A stretch of DNA of 64,000 nucleotides, from positions 577,319 to 641,318 of the forward strand of contig CAZVTT010000001.1 in the NCBI GenBank assembly GCA_964629685.1, read 5' to 3'. Both the position numbers and the translations under genes were made by a program. The notes under the pieces were generated by a model. The model was given only the letters and a program-made list of their open reading frames with translations. It did not search any database and was not told the origin of the DNA. This stretch comes from an uncultured Gammaproteobacteria bacterium (lineage in GTDB: Bacteria > Patescibacteriota > Microgenomatia > UBA10105 > UBA927). Within the stretch, counting starts at the first letter, position 1, and the number at the start of each line of letters is the position of its first letter. Shown in pieces: positions 59,327 to 64,000 of the stretch.

Positions 59327-59442
59327 TATGGTAAAATAGCTTTCAAGAAGCGGCAGTTGCATCTGTCTACCTAGGGCGATACAATCCAATCTCACACACA
59401 ATATTTGTGCCTGCATCTGCTTCGAATGTTACGAATCACACC

Positions 59443-62178
59443 ATGTTTAAATTTTTAGGTAAATTCATCGATAATAACGAAAAAGAAATTAATCGCCTGC
59501 GGAAAATCGTTGAGCAGGTGAATTTGCATGAAGAGGAAATGCGTAAGCTGAAAGATAGTGCATTTCCCAAAAAAACCGCTGAATTTAAAGAACGGTTACA
59601 ATCCGGGCAATCACTGGACCAACTGCTTCCTGAAGCATTTGCACTCGTGCGTGAAGCGGCCAGACGAACCATAGGCGAACGGCATTACGATGTTCAGCTT
59701 ATTTCCGCGGCGTCTTTACATGCAGGGAAAATATCCGAGCAAAAAACGGGAGAAGGAAAAACGCTATCTGCCAGTCCTGCCCTCTATCTAAATGCGCTTA
59801 CCGGACAGGGAGTGCAATTAGTTACGGTAAACGATTACCTAGCCCGTCGTGATGCCGGGTGGATGGGTCATGTATTCCATTTTTTGGGAATGTCCGTTTC
59901 GGCAATAATTAGCGAGCAGTCATTTCTGTATGATCCCGATTACGTTGACCAGAATGCTGCGGATTGGCGTTTACGTCATTTAAAACCAATTAGCAGGCGG
60001 GACGCGTATAAAGCAGATATTACGTACGGCATTAACAGTGAATTCGGGTTTGATTATTTGCGGGATAACATGGTGTCGGATGCTTCACAGGTGGTACAAC
60101 GAGAGTATCACTACGCGGTTGTGGATGAAGTTGACTCCGTATTAATTGACGAAGCACGTACTCCTCATATTATTTCCGCACCGGACAGCGAAGCCACACA
60201 TAAATATTACGATTACGCCAAGATAATAGAAAAACTCACAACGGAAATGGATTACGTTATCGATGAAAAACTTCGAACTGCACATCTTACGGAGCATGGT
60301 ATAGCCAAAGTGGAAAAAATGTTGGGTATAGGGAATATTTATGAAAAAGACTTCGGAACGGTTCATCACATCGAAGCAGCTCTTAAAGCCAGAGCGCTCT
60401 TTCATAGGGAAAAAGAATACATAGTAAAAGACGGACAAGTGGTTATTGTGGATGAGTTTACCGGTCGTCTTCTTACCGGTCGGCGGTTTAGTGAAGGAAT
60501 TCATCAGGCCATCGAAGCCAAAGAAGGCGTAGCAATTCAGCAGGAAAGTAAAACATTAGCTACGGTTTCTTTACAGAATTATTTCCGGAAGTACCAAAAA
60601 CTTGCCGGTATGACCGGGACCGCAGCTACGGAAGCCGAAGAGTTTTACAAAATATACGGTTTGGAAGTGGTAGTTATTCCCACACATAGGCCAATGGTGC
60701 GGAAAGATCATTCAGACAGTGTGTATAAAACTACCAGAGCAAAATACGCAGCGATCGTAAACGATATAATTGAGTGCCACAAACGGGGTCAGCCGGTATT
60801 GGTAGGAACGACTTCAATCGATAAGAATGAAATAATTAGTGATTATCTCCGACATAAAGGAATTCCCCATCAGGTACTGAACGCGAAGAATCATTTACAT
60901 GAGGCACTCATCATTACCGAAGCCGGAAAGAAAGGGGCCGTAACCGTGGCTACCAATATGGCTGGACGCGGGGTTGATATTATCTTGGGCGGATCAAAAA
61001 AAGAAAAATGGGAAGCCGCATCCGAAAAAGAATGGGAAAAAGAAATGAAAGATTGGCAGAAACACCATGATGAAGTTTTGGCATCCGGTGGTCTTCACGT
61101 TATCGGGAGTGAACGCCATGAAAGTCGTCGGATAGATAATCAACTTCGGGGTCGTGCCGGTCGTCAGGGAGATCCTGGATCTACCCGATTTTACGTTTCT
61201 TTGGAAGATGAAATCATGAAATTGTTCGGTGGAGATCAGGTGGCAAAATTAATGACGGTATTTAAATTGCCGGAAGATGTGCCATTGGAACATCCGATGG
61301 TAAGCCGTGCTATAGAACAAGCTCAAGTAAAAGTAGAAGGGTTTCACTTCGATTCACGAAAGCATTTGGTCGATTACGATGATGTGTTAAATAAACAACG
61401 GGAAATCGTGTATCAACGGCGGCGAAAAATCCTCGAAGGAGAAAACCAGAAAGAAAAAATACTGGAAAAGATTTCCGGTGAAATCCGCAATACCGTGCTC
61501 ATGTCTGTCGGAGATAGAGATAACAGCGTAGATATGCAACGGATTTTAACTGAATTTACCTCTATTATTCCATTCGATCCGGAATCACAGAAGCATTTGG
61601 CCTCCCAGTTAACTGATCTGAAAACGGCAGATGAAATGAGCGATTTCCTGGTAAAACTCGCGACTGATTTGTATGAGTCCAGGGAAAAACAGATTACGCC
61701 GGACGTCATGCGGCAGTTGGAACGATGGGTATGTCTGAATGTTATAGACAGTTTCTGGATGGAACACCTGGACGCTATAGATGATCTGCGCGAAGGAATC
61801 GGTTTGCGCGGATATGGTCAGCGTGAGCCGTTAGTTGAGTACAAAAACGAAGCATTTAATATGTTTGAAATGCTGTTGTCCGGTATAGACGGAGAGATTG
61901 TAAACAGGATTTATAAAGTTCAGGTGCAGATGGGTCCTGCAGTTTCGGCAACTTCCACCACAGCACCTGCAGTAAGCCCCGTTACTCCGCCGAAGTTGGA
62001 AACCGCTATTACCGAGAAAGCGAAGAAAATGCGTACTAACACCGATAGTGAAAAGGTGAAACAGACAGTAGTGAAAGCAAATTCAAAACTTGGGCGAAAT
62101 GATCCGTGTCCGTGCGGTTCCGGTAAAAAATGGAAAAAATGCCACTTCCCCGACATTCCGGTAAAGGGTGCTAAGTAA
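59443..62178 (+). CDS. secA: Preprotein translocase ATPase SecA
   Basis: KTGEGKT, VTVNDYLA, DEVDS, ATNMAGRG, QLRGRAGRQGD, SEC-C motif GRNDPCPCGSGKK. Confidence 0.98.
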   Translation: MFKFLGKFIDNNEKEINRLRKIVEQVNLHEEEMRKLKDSAFPKKTAEFKERLQSGQSLDQLLPEAFALVREAARRTIGERHYDVQLISAASLHAGKISEQKTGEGKTLSASPALYLNALTGQGVQLVTVNDYLARRDAGWMGHVFHFLGMSVSAIISEQSFLYDPDYVDQNAADWRLRHLKPISRRDAYKADITYGINSEFGFDYLRDNMVSDASQVVQREYHYAVVDEVDSVLIDEARTPHIISAPDSEATHKYYDYAKIIEKLTTEMDYVIDEKLRTAHLTEHGIAKVEKMLGIGNIYEKDFGTVHHIEAALKARALFHREKEYIVKDGQVVIVDEFTGRLLTGRRFSEGIHQAIEAKEGVAIQQESKTLATVSLQNYFRKYQKLAGMTGTAATEAEEFYKIYGLEVVVIPTHRPMVRKDHSDSVYKTTRAKYAAIVNDIIECHKRGQPVLVGTTSIDKNEIISDYLRHKGIPHQVLNAKNHLHEALIITEAGKKGAVTVATNMAGRGVDIILGGSKKEKWEAASEKEWEKEMKDWQKHHDEVLASGGLHVIGSERHESRRIDNQLRGRAGRQGDPGSTRFYVSLEDEIMKLFGGDQVAKLMTVFKLPEDVPLEHPMVSRAIEQAQVKVEGFHFDSRKHLVDYDDVLNKQREIVYQRRRKILEGENQKEKILEKISGEIRNTVLMSVGDRDNSVDMQRILTEFTSIIPFDPESQKHLASQLTDLKTADEMSDFLVKLATDLYESREKQITPDVMRQLERWVCLNVIDSFWMEHLDAIDDLREGIGLRGYGQREPLVEYKNEAFNMFEMLLSGIDGEIVNRIYKVQVQMGPAVSATSTTAPAVSPVTPPKLETAITEKAKKMRTNTDSEKVKQTVVKANSKLGRNDPCPCGSGKKWKKCHFPDIPVKGAK

Positions 62179-62231
62179 TTTTTACGGCGATACATACACC
62201 GTATTTTCTTCTGCTATGATGATCTCAGTTT

Positions 62232-63389
62232 ATGAAAATGAAGGCTCTTCTGTGTTGGATAGCATGTGTATACATAGGTGTGAGTTTATTGCTGCTTTTC
62301 TCTAATAATAAGCAGAATTTTTTGACATTTGATTATTGGCACACATATCCTGAGCGTGAAAAAGTATTTTTTGATTCCCAATACCGAAATCCTCATCCAA
62401 ACGGATTTATTCCGGATGAAATAGCATACGGATATGCAGGCGGCGCGCTTATCCGTGGCGGAAATCCGGTAGAGTTTATTCCGGAAGCACCACCCTTGGG
62501 AAAATACCTAATAGGACTGTCGGCGGTTTTGTTTAACAATACAAATATTCTTGTGCTTGTCTTCGGGATATTGGGTCTCGTGATGTACTACCTGGTGGCA
62601 CGGCAAATATTACGGTCAACGCTATTATCGCTGTTAGCCGTCGCGTTGGTAATAACCGAAGAATTATATAGAAATCAGTATGTATATGTTCCGCTGTTTG
62701 ATTTATTCCAATTCTTTTTTTTATTCGGTATGTTCTACTTTTTTAATACAGCCCTTAAGACGAAGCGGCATGAACTTAGGTATATGGTATTAGCGCAGAT
62801 ATGCGTGGGTTGCTTTATAGCTACAAAGTTTTTTATGTCCGGTATTGCCCTGGTTCTCCCTATGGTGTTTACCTTAATTATGCAGCAGGACTTCCGGAGA
62901 CTGAAAATGTATATATTAACTTTATGGATTCCCGTTGCCGTATTAATGGCGACGTATTTGCGTGTTTTTGCATACGGCTATACCTGGAATAAATTTTTGG
63001 GGATTCAGAAATGGATATTTATATATTGGAAAGGTGCCGTTGCTCTTCCGTTTACCATCTGGGACTTATTGGTTTTTAACCGTTGGCATACCTGGTGGGG
63101 AGATAATCAAATTCTTTCCGACTCCCAGTGGTCTCTAACATGGCCCATTATTGCGTGTGTGTACGTTGTAACGGTACTGTTATATATTTTCGGAATCATT
63201 CCCCGCAAAAAGGAAGTGGAAGTATTACTTTGGTTTGCCGTTTGGTATGGATTATTTTTGAGTGTCGGTATATCTTCCGCTCGTTATTTTGTTATATACC
63301 TTCCGGTTTTATATCTAGCCGGAATGTACGGAGTTACAGAATATCTCTTGCCCTTTATATCGACCCGTAGTAAAACACGAATAGCATAA
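62232..63389 (+). CDS. GT-C/PMT-like membrane glycosyltransferase
   Basis: PDE..Y, EAPPLGKYLIG, multiple TM helices, ARY. Confidence 0.78.
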   Translation: MKMKALLCWIACVYIGVSLLLLFSNNKQNFLTFDYWHTYPEREKVFFDSQYRNPHPNGFIPDEIAYGYAGGALIRGGNPVEFIPEAPPLGKYLIGLSAVLFNNTNILVLVFGILGLVMYYLVARQILRSTLLSLLAVALVITEELYRNQYVYVPLFDLFQFFFLFGMFYFFNTALKTKRHELRYMVLAQICVGCFIATKFFMSGIALVLPMVFTLIMQQDFRRLKMYILTLWIPVAVLMATYLRVFAYGYTWNKFLGIQKWIFIYWKGAVALPFTIWDLLVFNRWHTWWGDNQILSDSQWSLTWPIIACVYVVTVLLYIFGIIPRKKEVEVLLWFAVWYGLFLSVGISSARYFVIYLPVLYLAGMYGVTEYLLPFISTRSKTRIA

Positions 63390-63391
63390 AT

Positions 63392-64000
63392 ATGAATAGG
63401 AAAGCATCATTGGTCAGCACTATTCTGTTGGAGATTGCCGAGGAGGTCGGTGTTAAATTATTTATTGAACCGCAATGGGGATACGCCGGAAGAATCGAAA
63501 CCAAAGATGGTAGAATTTACTATTTTCATAGTACTAAGTTCGATATAAACGGATTAGGTTCCAGCGAAATTGCCCACGATAAAGCCTATGCGTCTTTCTT
63601 TATGCAACATTTAGGATATCCCGTGCCTGATGGAGAATCCTTTTATGATGATGACTGGTGCAAAATGATAAAGACGGACAGAAATACTCATGCCGCAATT
63701 GTTTACGCGGAGGAACTGGGGTATCCGGTATTGGTTAAACCCAATAGCGAAAGTCAGGGAAGAGGTGTGGAGGAAGTATTTTCACGGGATCAACTTCTGC
63801 AGGCTCTCCACCATATTTTTGTAAACTTAAACGGACATATAGCTTTAATTCAACGGGTCGTGCGTGGTAGTGATTACCGTATTGTCGTACTGGATGATAC
63901 CGTATTGTGTGCATACCGCAGGTCGCCGCTTTCTGTGGTGGGAACAGGGAAGCATACGATAATGGAATTACTTGAACAAAAACAGCAGCAATTCATAGCA
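63392..64000 (+). CDS. ATP-grasp protein (cyanophycin synthetase-like), 3'-truncated
   Basis: Manual translation MNRKASLV...IAHDKAYA...GYPVLVKPNSESQGRGV...DYRIVVLD...VVGTGKHTI; open to the window end. Confidence 0.85.
   Translation, partial: MNRKASLVSTILLEIAEEVGVKLFIEPQWGYAGRIETKDGRIYYFHSTKFDINGLGSSEIAHDKAYASFFMQHLGYPVPDGESFYDDDWCKMIKTDRNTHAAIVYAEELGYPVLVKPNSESQGRGVEEVFSRDQLLQALHHIFVNLNGHIALIQRVVRGSDYRIVVLDDTVLCAYRRSPLSVVGTGKHTIMELLEQKQQQFIA

Noticed and set aside
1-64000. Alternative genetic code (UGA=Gly)
   Set aside because: Conserved genes are full-length in code 11 and several end at TGA (rsmG, rsgA).

Overview
A gene-dense, roughly 40% GC bacterial chromosomal segment read in genetic code 11 (TGA acts as a stop). 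Gene content and style (archaeal-type non-discriminating AspRS, few Shine-Dalgarno sites, many GT-C, collagen and PT-repeat surface proteins) suggest Patescibacteria/CPR, probably Microgenomates; this is an inference. The 1-31 kb part is mostly housekeeping: suf cluster with ferredoxins, 2-oxoacid:ferredoxin oxidoreductase, lon, radC, rlmN, hflX, T-box-aspS, rsmG and envelope genes. The 31-53 kb part is a variable region of orphans, small stress genes, an atypical Clp ATPase, rsgA, a GIY-YIG nuclease and an acyltransferase, ending at tRNA-Glu(CTC). The 53-64 kb part holds greA, a degenerate M20 protein, lysS-HD, rdgB, serS, secA, a GT-C protein and a partial ATP-grasp gene. The strongest candidate for a new system lies downstream of tRNA-Glu: a ~118-bp-period array of tRNA 3'-end copies, each with its own terminator, whose T-loops carry 28-29 nt hairpin inserts at the same position. 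A further decayed copy 1.8 kb away brackets a GIY-YIG nuclease and an acyltransferase. Other leads are a CBS-HPF protein, HflX-YwbE and LysRS-HD fusions, an atypical T-box, two attenuator-like leaders, a 360-bp dispersed duplication, and a small gene enclosed by complementary UTR elements behind a double operator. No CRISPR array, rRNA, integrase or transposase was seen. All calls come from reading the sequence by eye; no database searches were run.
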